Origin: Octopus vulgaris
Taxonomy: Eukaryota
DNA: 64,000 nt
NCBI GenBank assembly: GCA_951406725.2
Contig: OX597823.1
Coordinates: forward strand, 81,778,001 to 81,842,000
Direction of reading: 5' to 3'
Made by a program: the position numbers and the translations under genes. The notes under the pieces are model-generated. The model was not told the origin of the DNA. It saw nothing but the letters and a program-made list of their open reading frames with translations, and did not search any database. Below are positions 39,886 through 51,568 of this stretch, piece by piece. Position 1 is the stretch's first letter. Each line of letters opens with the position of its first letter.

Positions 39886-41398
39886 TTAATATTTGTACAT
39901 CAATCAAGTCAGATAAATCCAATTATGGAAAAGTAACACTTCAAATCAGTTCAAAAATGTTTCTACGCTCGTTCGTTTTGGCGATGAAGTTTTTCATGAG
40001 GATGTCCAAAGCGTTTGCATAGCACCTCCAAACTATTTTAGAGGGTGCAAGATCCCTCCTGCCAACCCACCGTTCCCGAATCAAAGACAACACAAACGGA
40101 ATCGGCTCCGTTCAAGCTGTCTTAAATAATGATATGTTAAAAGCTGAATGAAGAAATCTTTGGTAATGTGTATTTATTTCAAGCAGTTTAAAAACACGTA
40201 TGCTATCTACGTTTATCTTTGTTACTGTCAATTATCTGCTCTTCGAGACTCTTACTATACAAACACAAACATATGTATGGAACATTTTCTACTACATATT
40301 ACTGAATTTACTTTCTAAAACAAACGAAACATGCGTATATATTTCCCCATTAGATTATTCAATCAATTTTGTAAAAGACGAAAATAATGTACTCTCACTT
40401 CTAAACACATGTAAAGTTTGTCATGATAAAAATCTATACAATCTCGCTAAATTTTGGCCTATCTTTACTCTATATTCACTAACTACGAGCAGTGTAATTA
40501 TTATTGAATTATTCTACCAAAAAGATTAGAAGAGGGTATTTTTTGGCATCTAGGATATGAAAGGGAAACATATATATCAATTCCTTCTTGTTATTATCAC
40601 TACAAGCAATTCTTGGTTTTCATTCTGGTTTAAATCTTAAATCTTTCCCTCTCATTTCCTTTCTCTTTCTCACAACCTCTCCTGTCTCTCATAATTTATC
40701 CTATCTCTCTGTTTCCCACTATCTTTCTTGTTTTAGCTGTCTCTCAACTCTCGAGTATGTGCTGATTTGCTTAGTGTCAAGCAGACGAAGAAAATATTTT
40801 TGAAAAATCTCTCGATATATCTCTGTGCGTTAAGAAATAAAGATATGCTGTAAAAATATATATAAAAAAAAACTGTTCGTTAAACAGATTTCTTTAATTT
40901 CTACGTCTGGACATAGATATGAATAGTTCTTAAGAACTGCGTCAGAAGACGCAATATCGAAAGCAAATCAAAGATAACTAATCAATTATACCGAAATTTT
41001 GAGCAGAAGACAACATTTCCCAGACAATTGTTTGTTGGTAAATTGCAACAGAACGAATGACACTTGTCGTAATCACATTTTAGTGAGGAAGAAATGAGAG
41101 GGAAAAAAATAGAGAGAAAGAAAAAACGAAACATCAAACAAAACAAAAAATATATAGCTGTTTTTGATGACATTAGTATAACGGAGAAATACATAAAATA
41201 CAAAGAAAATGAAGAAGTCTGATGAAATCAAAACAAGTTCCATGAGTCGTAATAATATCGATTGATGATAATCTGAAAAGTGTTCGCTCTTTTATCAATA
41301 AGGAAAATACATTAACCAACTATTTTCTTTTGGTTCTAAATTCGGAGAGTATCATAATTAGATATAAACATATGTATGTGTATGTCTGTGTGTGTGTC

Positions 41399-41440
<42 letters not shown>

Positions 41441-41453
41441 GTGTGTGTGTGTC

Positions 41454-41530
<77 letters not shown>

Positions 41531-41535
<5 letters not shown>

Positions 41536-41671
41536 CAACAATTGAGGGTAAAATTAATTAGTTATTAATCAATTTCACCAAGTATTCAGTATGTAAATGG
41601 TCCTTTTACATACTGAATACTTGGTGAAATTGATTAATAACTAATTAATTTTACCCTCAATTGTTGAAATT
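41531..41671. repeat. Perfect palindrome embedded in (TA)n (67-bp arms, 7-nt loop)
   Basis: 41531-41597 is the exact reverse complement of 41605-41671. Confidence 0.95.
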
Positions 41672-41780
41672 ATATATGTATGTATATATATATATATATA
41701 TACTCATATATATATGTATGTATGTATGTTTATATGTATGTCGTGCAATACACACACACATACTTGTAGAATTAATATGA

Positions 41781-42466
41781 GCAGTAGTTTACAGTGTTTC
41801 ACCAAAAGAAGAATTACAAATGTCACAAAATGCGACCAGGGTGTTTGGACAACACCTACATTGCTAGAAATAAGAACTAAAACGCTCTAATGCTGTAGTT
41901 AACGCACATGAATAAGAACATATACACTAACAGAGACCATAATCGTCTGAAAAGTGCTGATCAAGAATTCTTAATACTGACACGTCAGTTTCGGTAATTT
42001 CCGTCGCTTCATCAGTTAATCCAGCTGGGCCTTTACTACTGATTTTTTTTAATATTACGATTATAACAAAATCATATATAGAATAGGACAATAAAGGACA
42101 ACATTACACGCAAAATGTCAAAAAAGTTCGTCTAGAAATTCTATGATTTTATATAATTCGCTGACTTTGGATATTCCTTGTTATAAAATGAATCAATTTT
42201 TGGTTTCTGCTCTTTCCGGACTCGCTTCACCATTAGTATACATGTTTTCGCAATCCAAATAATTGAATGATTTAGTGATTCGCTAATGTGCACATATAAA
42301 ATTAATATAAACAGCAGTTTGCAATGTTTCACCAAGATGGAGAATTACAAATGTCACTAAATGCGACCAGGATCTTAGACAATACCTACATTGCTAGAAA
42401 TAAGAGCTAAAACGTTCTAATACTATAGTTAACGCACATGAATGAGAACATATGTACTAACAGGAA

Positions 42467-42470
<4 letters not shown>
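41781..42470 (-). mobile_element. pLTR-like partial tandem: ~160-bp direct repeats (41781-41941 and 42311-42470) around a hammerhead-like motif
   Basis: Both repeats contain GAATTACAAATGTCAC..AATGCGACCAGG...CCTACATTGCTAGAAATAAGA. The right end abuts (TA)n. Confidence 0.6.
41971..42019 (-). ncRNA. Type I hammerhead-ribozyme-like motif
   Basis: TTAA-CTGATGA-agcgacggaaattacc-GAA-ACTGAC-gt-GTCAGT-A-TTAA. Core, stem III and a 4-bp stem I are intact; stem II is poor. Confidence 0.55.
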
Positions 42471-42562
<92 letters not shown>

Positions 42563-42582
42563 AACATATATATATATAATAT

Positions 42583-42665
<83 letters not shown>

Positions 42666-44595
42666 CCAAAGCTCAACCGTTCTCATCACCGTGGTGCTGG
42701 GGGTGGCAACGGCATATGGTAAGTATGCTGGCTAAACGAATCTGGCGTGGGGAAAGACCTGGCCACCTACCACAGTATCCTGGCCAACATACTCTATGGA
42801 TAAAAAAAAATATATGCATATATACACACATACATGTACATGCCTATATGTATATGTATATATACATGCATATATGGGTACAGGACGTAAAAAAAAACGT
42901 GAACAAAATGCGAAACGAGAACAAAAAAAAACAAAAGCATGGAAAACGAACTTTTTTTCAAACAGCGAAAGAAACAAATAGAGAAACGAGACAGGAAACA
43001 TAAAGAGCATTCCTTTCATCAGTTGTCCCCTGTTTTATCTATTCCGCGTTTCGAAGGTAGGGACGTATATATATATAATTTTACCCTAGTATATTGACTC
43101 CTCCCACATAAGTTCTTTGTGTGCTGCTTATTTTATCAATTTTGTAAAGCAAGAAAGTTATGTGGACAGAAGGTTAAAGGGATGTAACTGGATTGGCACT
43201 AAAGATCAAATGATATTTTTGTTCGCTGTATCCATCACCTTTCACATCGACAAACACACAATTATACACACGCACACACACAAGCCTATGTATGTATGTA
43301 TGTATGTATGTATGTATGTATGTATGTATGTATGTATGTATGTATGTATGTATGTATGTATGTATGTATGTATCCAACTGGTTTCTGTGCAGATTCCGTC
43401 AACGTGATTTCGCCTTCAAGGCTAGAATCGAAGACACCAAAACTATAACCAGTGGCATAGTTAGAAAGTGTGCCACCCGCAACAGCCCTCGAATTTTCTG
43501 CCGCCCCCACCTCATTCACACAAGCTTATACAGCATACCCAAAAGCGATACCTCCATAGAAGCATCACCCGGTGCGAACGGCCCCAAGCGCCCTTCTTAG
43601 CTTCGGTACTGAGAGCAACCGAGTGGGGGCGAACACTAAACTGAATGATTACTAGGTGAACGTCTTAATCTTAAGACTATGTTTGTATCCGGTAATTTCC
43701 ATAAAACACTGACCCACCGATGCAACACAAAAATGCATCACCTTCATGAAGTGTGTCTCAGGTAAGTCAGCCTGACAGAACCCTCGTCGTCGTCATGTAT
43801 TGTATGCTTTTTGCATCGGGTTTAGAACGCTACAATAAAAGTCTTTCCGATTAAGAATGATTTCTCACACCGGATGAAGCCATAGCATTACTTCATTCTA
43901 ACTTCCTCTTAGTGTAGTTTGACACTGCCTTCCCCAACCAGATGGTGATTGGTTCACAAGGAACTTATCCGCCCTTTGACAAGTCTTGCTTTTAGTCCTG
44001 TTGGATGTCCAGACATCCTCCTTACTTGAGTAGCAAGGTACTCAAGTGGGGGACCCAGTGTAGTCACTGACTACTCGACCATGGAACAGGCAATACTTGT
44101 TTCCATGGTACTTGTAGCAGGTTTCATCAGTCTGTGATGAGATTCCTGACACACACACACACAAAAAGACAGAACCCTACCGGCTTCAATGTTATTTTTA
44201 GATGGAATTATGTTAACAATATAGATCAATGAAACTGCCGTCACTCATCAGTTATTCGATGGCCGACCGAGAAGACTTAAGCCACTCGGTCAGTGGTGAG
44301 ATGTCAAACTCTGATTCTTCGACATGTAAGCTATTTATACCATTTGACACACACGTATCTTTTTATCTCCACGTAACTGTTTACTTAACCCTTTACGTCA
44401 TCCACTCAAAACACAAGGGTTGTTGCTGGTGTTGATGAACTTCAGGCCAGCCCAGATCAAGCAAACGTATCTAGGAGAAGTCTTTCATCAATCCTTCTCT
44501 TCCCCTGGTAGATTTTGTTTTGGCTGCATACAGGCGTCATCTGCAATCATCCACCAGGGGTGCACAATCTGTATGGAAAGTAATCTAGAGAATAG

Positions 44596-44683
44596 CAGTT
44601 GGGAGCTCATGACAGCTCAGTTGAGAACTCATGACAGCTCAGTTGAGAGCTCATGATAACTCAGTTGAGAGCTCGTGGCAGCT
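44596..44683. repeat. 22-bp minisatellite x4 (CAGTTGAGAGCTCATGACAGCT)
   Basis: Directly visible. Confidence 0.85.
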
Positions 44684-45243
44684 TAATATCATTCAATAAA
44701 ATCAAGACACAGTAACTACTCATATCAAAGAAACGCTTGCTACACAATAGAACAACACCTCTAATTTTTGAAATACTGTTTTGGTTTAAATTTCACAAGA
44801 ACGGCCCAGTTAAATAATAATAATTCGTTGAACATAAATTTTCAGCAGCTTTATTGCTATAATTTACCACGAAAACGAACACTGGATGTGGTGCTGGTAG
44901 AATATCACTCACCCTCAGCATGTCACAACTAGCTGCTGAATGTTCACTTCTGCAATATTTCCTGATAAGAGTGGGGGCAGAAAAATTAGTTTCTCATTAT
45001 GATTTATGTATATTCACTACATTGAGTAGATATATTACTGAATTAAAATATTTATGATGAATTTACATTCATTGGTAAGTGTATCCTGCACACCTAGAAT
45101 CAGAGATGCAGCCAAGTTTTAAAACTAGGAGGAGCGAGCACATGAAAAAAAGGCACCGTGACACGTATTAAATAATTTTTAATTCGTTTCTATCATCATC
45201 ATCATCGTCATCACCATCATCATCGTCGTCATCATCATCATCG

Positions 45244-45284
<41 letters not shown>

Positions 45285-45632
45285 TAGTGTTTTAAATCCA
45301 GGCTTTGTCCCCGTTAACGGGGGTGGCCGAATCTACCTCAATGCCATATCAACCGAGGTAGGCAGGTGTAGCCCACCCGCAACCTTTGCGTTGGCTGGTG
45401 CCCATTCTCGTCTGCTATCATGGGGCTTTTTGGGAGCTGGATTTTCTACGGGGAGCATGCCCTTGCTTACCCCCAATCCGAGTTTCTACACATGGGTGGT
45501 CCCGAGACCAAGGCCTCTATTACGATTTTTAAGAAATGTGGTGGAAAACTAGCTCAGGAAGACAGGGACGCTACTCCCTGAGACCCCTTTCGGAGCCCCA
45601 CTACATCATATTACATGAAATATTTCATTAGT

Positions 45633-46165
45633 AACAGGTCGATAAAGGCTGCAAGTCTTTTGATCACAAGTCTATTCAGTCGAGACCAACACTAGTCTAA
45701 TCAACGACTTTATAACAGAACTGGAGATGAAAATTAGGACAAATTGTTTAGAGTAAAGTTTTATGAGTGTAACACAGCTGGGAAGCTGAGAGGAGAGAAA
45801 GCGTAATTGTATTCCACATCCATAAATTTCATGTTTCAGTAACAATGTCATTATGAAACTTAAAGCTACTGATTCAGGTAACTAAAGAGTAAGAACAAAT
45901 TCTTGAAAAGGCGCCAATTTTGAAAAATGTTCGCGTGGAGAGCGGTCGCCCCCCTTGCTCCCTTATTAGCAGCATCACTGCTTAGAACATATATTCCTGA
46001 AGTACAGCTTTCCCTCCTCTCAGCTTCCCAACTGTGTTACACTCATAAAACTTTACTCTAAGCAATTTGTCCTAATTTCCATCTCCAGTACTGTTATAAT
46101 GTTGATTAGTCTAATGTCGGTCTCGACTGAATAGACCCGTGACTTGTAGCCTTTATCGACCTGTT
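45633..46165. mobile_element. Foldback/MITE-like element with ~165-bp inverted arms
   Basis: AACAGGTCGATAAAGGCTGCAAGTC...GGGAAGCTGAGAGGAG (45633-45802) is mirrored at ~46005-46165. No clear TSD. Confidence 0.75.
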
Positions 46166-46900
46166 TTTATCATTATTATTGCAAATATTATGAATCTAGG
46201 ACTATATCATACGATAGATCCTTTCATTTTAAAGATTTTATTTGAGATGTATTTGACTGTTACTCCTAGCAGTCCAATCGACCACAGGTTCTTTCTCCAC
46301 CCCCACCACATACTACTTTCATTTGTTTGTGTCTCCCTCGTTAATTTGTTTCCCTGTCCTTAATTTCCATGTCGACATCAACATGCAGAAGATTAAGATG
46401 AACATCAACTGTAATGACGGAGCTAGGCTTTGTACTTTACTGGACGCTCCTTGAAGTCACCCCTTTCCTATCACAGAAAACACAATATAATATACATAAA
46501 AAAATGCCTCTCTCCAAAAGCTATCTCCCGTGGCTGACTGATCCATTGTCCTCTTTCAGCTATGCTAGTGCTCGCACCCCTCATAAATGCCTTCTATTGC
46601 AGTGTCGTTAAGAAGCTCATTCTGCAACCATGTGGTTTCAGGTTCAGTTCCATTGCGCGGCACCTTAGGCAAATATCTTCTATAACTCCAGACAGACCAA
46701 TGCCTTATGAGTAAATTTAGTTGACGGGAACTGTGTGGAAGCCCGTTGAATATGTGCAACCGTTAATCCAGGGACGTGGGTTCGAAACGTCAAATACTCT
46801 TTCATTTTTCCCGAGCGTCAAACTAGTATACCTTGTTCGTTGTTTCCTCACCTGTCTCTGATATTTGTTTCTTGCATTATTTTGAACTACACACACACAC

Positions 46901-46964
<64 letters not shown>

Positions 46965-47568
46965 CGAGAAAGAAGCAACAAGAATGGATAGGTTTTAGTA
47001 CAATCGTTTCATACAAGGACAGGCTTTATTAAAGTTGCAAAATTACAGCATATAAACGTGTCCGTACTATCAGCTAAAATACATGTGAGTTCTCTAGACA
47101 TCCTAGTGGTTGAGGCTATACTCATGAAGTAATGTAGATAATTAAGTAACATAAACAGATTTCCAAAGTTCATTAAAGTTCTTTAAAGATGATGTACAGT
47201 CTTATCACAGAATTTTAAAAAAGTTTTAATAGCATCACAGAGAAGGTGACCTAATCCATATGTGCACTATGGATTAGGTCACCTTCTCTGTGATGCTATT
47301 AAAACTTTTTTAAAATTCTATGATAAGACTGTACATCATCTTTAATGAACTTTAATGAACTTTGGAAATCTGTTTATGTTACTTAATTATCTACATTACT
47401 TCATGAGTATAGCCTCAACCACTAGGATGTCTAGAGAACTCACATGTATTTTAGCTGATGAGTACGGGACACGTTTATATGCTGTAATTTTTGCAACTTT
47501 TAATAAAGCCTGTCCTTGTATGAAACGATTGTACTAAAAACCTATCCATTCTTGTTGCTTCTTTCTCG
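46965..47568. repeat. ~600-bp near-perfect palindrome between (TA)n tracts (~296-bp arms, 7-nt loop)
   Basis: 46965-47260 is the reverse complement of 47268-47568 with only a few indels and substitutions. Confidence 0.96.
47449..47539 (+). ncRNA. Type I hammerhead ribozyme
   Basis: Stem I TTTTAG/CTAAAA; core CTGATGA (47455-61); long stem II GTACGGGACA..TTTAT / ATAAA..TGTCCTTGTAT; GAAAC (47522-26); short stem III; GTA cleavage triplet (47531-33). Confidence 0.7.
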
Positions 47569-47739
47569 CTTATAATCACCCCACATTACTGTATTGTTAA
47601 ATCAGTATAGTTTTCTTTTGGTGCATCTAAGTTAGGTACCATATTCAAGTTAATTCATTTAAATTAACTTGAATCTTTATTGCTTTTTATATTTATATAT
47701 ATATATACTCATACATACATACATATATGTATGTATATA

Positions 47740-47840
<101 letters not shown>

Positions 47841-47927
47841 ATATATATGTATATATATATATATGTATATATATATGTATGTATGCATGTATGTATTGTG
47901 TGTGTGCGCGTGCGCGGCGCGTGTGTA

Positions 47928-47970
<43 letters not shown>

Positions 47971-48272
47971 ATGAATAAATGTGTTTGTGTGCTTGCGTGT
48001 GTGTCTTAGTATTTATGTTTGTCTTCCACGGCTTGACAACCAGTACTGATTTGTTTAAATCCCCGTAACTTAACAGTTCGGCAAAGAAGTCGATAAAATA
48101 AGTACCGCACTTAAAGATAAGAACTAGGGACGATTTGTTCGACTAATCCCTTCAAAGCGGTGTGCAAACATAGCTCCAGTCCAATGAAACCAGTAAACGG
48201 TAAAAGATACACAAATACAAAAAAAAATAAAAGCTAAAAGTTCCATCTTTTTTTTTGTGCAAAATCACTCAC

Positions 48273-48323
48273 CTGGTAAGCATTTAACTGTTCTTCAGAA
48301 AATGTCACGATTTGGTTCCCCAT
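48273..48323 (-). CDS. CIB2/3: CIB2/3-like coding exon 1
   Basis: gaacaATG; MGNQIVTFSEEQLNAYQ|gtgagt; 51 nt; MG start (possible myristoylation) and EQL..YQ motif. Confidence 0.93.
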
Positions 48324-49559
48324 TGTTCTCACCAAACGTCTATTTCCGGATGAATAATTATTCCATTAAAGAAGCACATTTAAGGGTCAAATTCATGAAA
48401 ACGAATCCCATATTACTTCTGACCTCACAGTTTATTTCTCCGAGGAAGACTTTAACAATCACTTTATTTTCATTTGAGTTTGAATATACATGTATATTTA
48501 TATAAATACATATATCTTTATACGTATACATGTACATAGGCATCACTGCGCAATTAATCTGTGTCCAACGCGTAGAAATTATGAAATTACATTTCTTAAA
48601 ATTAGGACTCCATTTTGAACGCTAAGTAGGACTCCATTTAAAACGTTAAGTAGAACTCCGTGGTTTACATCAATAACAACGTTATCATCATCATTATTGT
48701 AAGTGTTGTTGTCATCAAGTTATGTATATCTTTCCACTGGACTTCGAGTAAGCTCCACTCCCTTGACTACTCCAATAAAAAGAACGTTTTTAAACCAAGC
48801 AGTAACCTCCATGTGTTGTATTTAGCCACATAAATAAATCGTAATGCTTGCTGTCGTAGTTGTTTAGTCCCAGGTCAGCCCTGGGTGATTATATACAACT
48901 GTGTTATCCAATATGTCCGTCCCTTGTATTTTCAAAGACTGTTGAACGTAATTCGCAAGAGATCCGGCTGTTATTTCTAACAGACCGATTGACCACATAA
49001 AGACCCTCTACTGTCTGTTATTGTTGCCGTTGATAGTATTACATTAACCGTTTAGAATACTGTTTAGAATATGTAGGGAATACGTTGCTTTAATATGATT
49101 AAATTCTAGAAAACTGTAAGATAAATATAAAACCTTGACACAGGAATACAATCAATCGTCGATTGGTGTAGAAAGTCGACACAGATGAGTAACACCCTCA
49201 CAATAAATGAATAAATAAATAAATCATTGATGTCGTCTGTCGTTTCTTTTACGCTTTGTCACTTGACCACTTCAGTTGGATTGGCACGTAGTGTTATAAT
49301 CGATTCACCTAGTTCGAGTAGTTGATGCAGCTAATAGTGGTCACTTTGTTGTTAAGACAACAGCCAGCATATACTAAGATGTCCATTTTTTTTCCTGACT
49401 TAATTAATCGATGACCAACTTATTGATAGCTAATAAATTTCCTCGACCAAATACCAGGATTTTGCTAAATTTCTTCCAACCACTTTAAGTATTTCAAATT
49501 TTCACCAGATTTTTTTTTCAACTTTTCTACACAGATGGAATTTCACAAAACAAAAATCA

Positions 49560-49957
49560 TACTCTTTTACTTGTTTCAGTCATTTGACTGTGGCCATGCT
49601 GGAGCACCGCCTTTAGTCGAGCAAATCGACCCCAGGACTTATTCTTTGTAAACCTAGTACTTATTCTATCGGTCTCTTTTGCCGAACCGCTAGGTTACGG
49701 GGACATAAACACACCAGCATCGGTTGTCAAGCGATGTTGGGGGGACAAACACAGACACATAAACATATGCACATTCATATATATATATACATATATACGA
49801 CGAGCTTCTTTTAGTTTCCGTCTATTAAATCCACTCACAAGGCTTTGGTCGGCCCGAGGCTATAGTAGAAGACACTTGTCCAAGGTGCCACGCAGTGGGA
49901 CTGAACCTGGAACCATGTCGTTGGTAAGTAAGCTACTTACCACACAGCCACTCCTGC
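49560..49957 (-). mobile_element. CORE-like tRNA SINE
   Basis: Full family sequence on the minus strand. Confidence 0.85.
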
Positions 49958-51322
49958 ATCACTCCTCATATTAACTTTTTTTCTAGAAATTAATAATTAT
50001 TTCCATTGTAGGCATAAGGCCCGAAGGTTTGGGTAAAGGAGTTAGTCGATAACATCGACCTTAGTATTCAAATGGTACTTATTTTATCGATCTCGAAAGG
50101 ATGAAACGTAAAGTTAGTTTCGGCGGAATATGAAGCCAGAACTTAAGCCGGAATAAATGCCGCTAAGCATTTTTTCCGGAATGCTAACGATTCTGTCAGC
50201 TTGCCGTCTTAATAATCCTTTCTGCGATTGGTCCGAGGCCTGGAATTTGGGGGTAATGGGATTAGTTGATTACAGAAGTAATCCACATTCAGTAGTAAAC
50301 CACGCCTTACCAACATATTGCTCTGCCCCACCGGTGGTGCGTGTATTGTGAAGTATTAATTTACGTAGTCGCTCGACCGGCTAGAAATAACTGCTAAATC
50401 TCTTCTCAAATCGCAACATGTAGTCTTAAAAACGGAAAGAACACACGAGATATAGTCGTAGAATCTCCTAAAATGATGGGATGGTCACGACTGGAATATT
50501 TCTGGTCATAGATCTCTGATTAGGGTTGACTCATGGTTAAACAACACTAACAGTTTATTCATCTCTATGCCTATGCGCTAATGTGCCATTTAAGAATTCT
50601 TGGATATAATCGGTCTTTAGATATTTGACATATTTGAAGTTCCTTTTGAACAAGCTAGTTACTTCCCTTGCACAGTCTACTTTATCTTGGCACCAGTCAA
50701 CGAGAATCTTGTACATAGTCTAGTTAACTGCTAGACATAGCAGCAAAATTTCCCTCAAGTCATAACAGGCTATCTAAATAAAAAAAAGAAAGAAAGGTAG
50801 CACACTTTGCATGATTTAGCTCTAGATGTATTATATCGGAATAAATATTGCTTTCGAATTTTGGCACAAGGCCAGCAGCTTCGGGGTAGTGGTAAGTCGA
50901 TAACATCAATCTCAGTACACAACTGGTACTTATTTCGTCGCCTCACGAAACGATGAAAGGCAAAATCGATCTTGGCGGATTTAAAATTCAGAACGTATGG
51001 TTTCGTTTCGAAGAACATACGTTTGTTTAAGCAAAGACATACGATTTTGAAGAAGTATTCTCCCCTCGTTAGAGATTAAAGAAAAGCACACCGTTGATGA
51101 AGAGCCACCCTTTTTTTAAAAACTCATTCTAGTTCTTCTATCTTGCTTTCATACTCGTAAAGTATATGTATGTATATACTTGAAACATTCTTCAAAACAC
51201 TCATCTTCATTACACAAAATAATAATGCATCACTTTTAATATATGTGTGCGGGTATAAAGATATATGTATATATTTATCATGGCTACCGAATAATTGTCA
51301 CATGTTATATTTACACACACAC

Positions 51323-51369
<47 letters not shown>

Positions 51370-51521
51370 AAAATTGAGGGAGATAAATTAATATTAATTT
51401 TAATATCAATTTAAAACCAGTAGTCCAGCATTCAAAAAATCTGAGGAGTCAGAGAAAATTCAAATATATGTGTATATATATATATATACATTATATATAT
51501 ACACATATATATATATATACG

Positions 51522-51568
<47 letters not shown>

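Noticed and set aside
40200-40529. 109-aa ORF with CKVC motif
   Set aside because: No family motif I can recognise with confidence; AT-rich, possibly decayed TE sequence.
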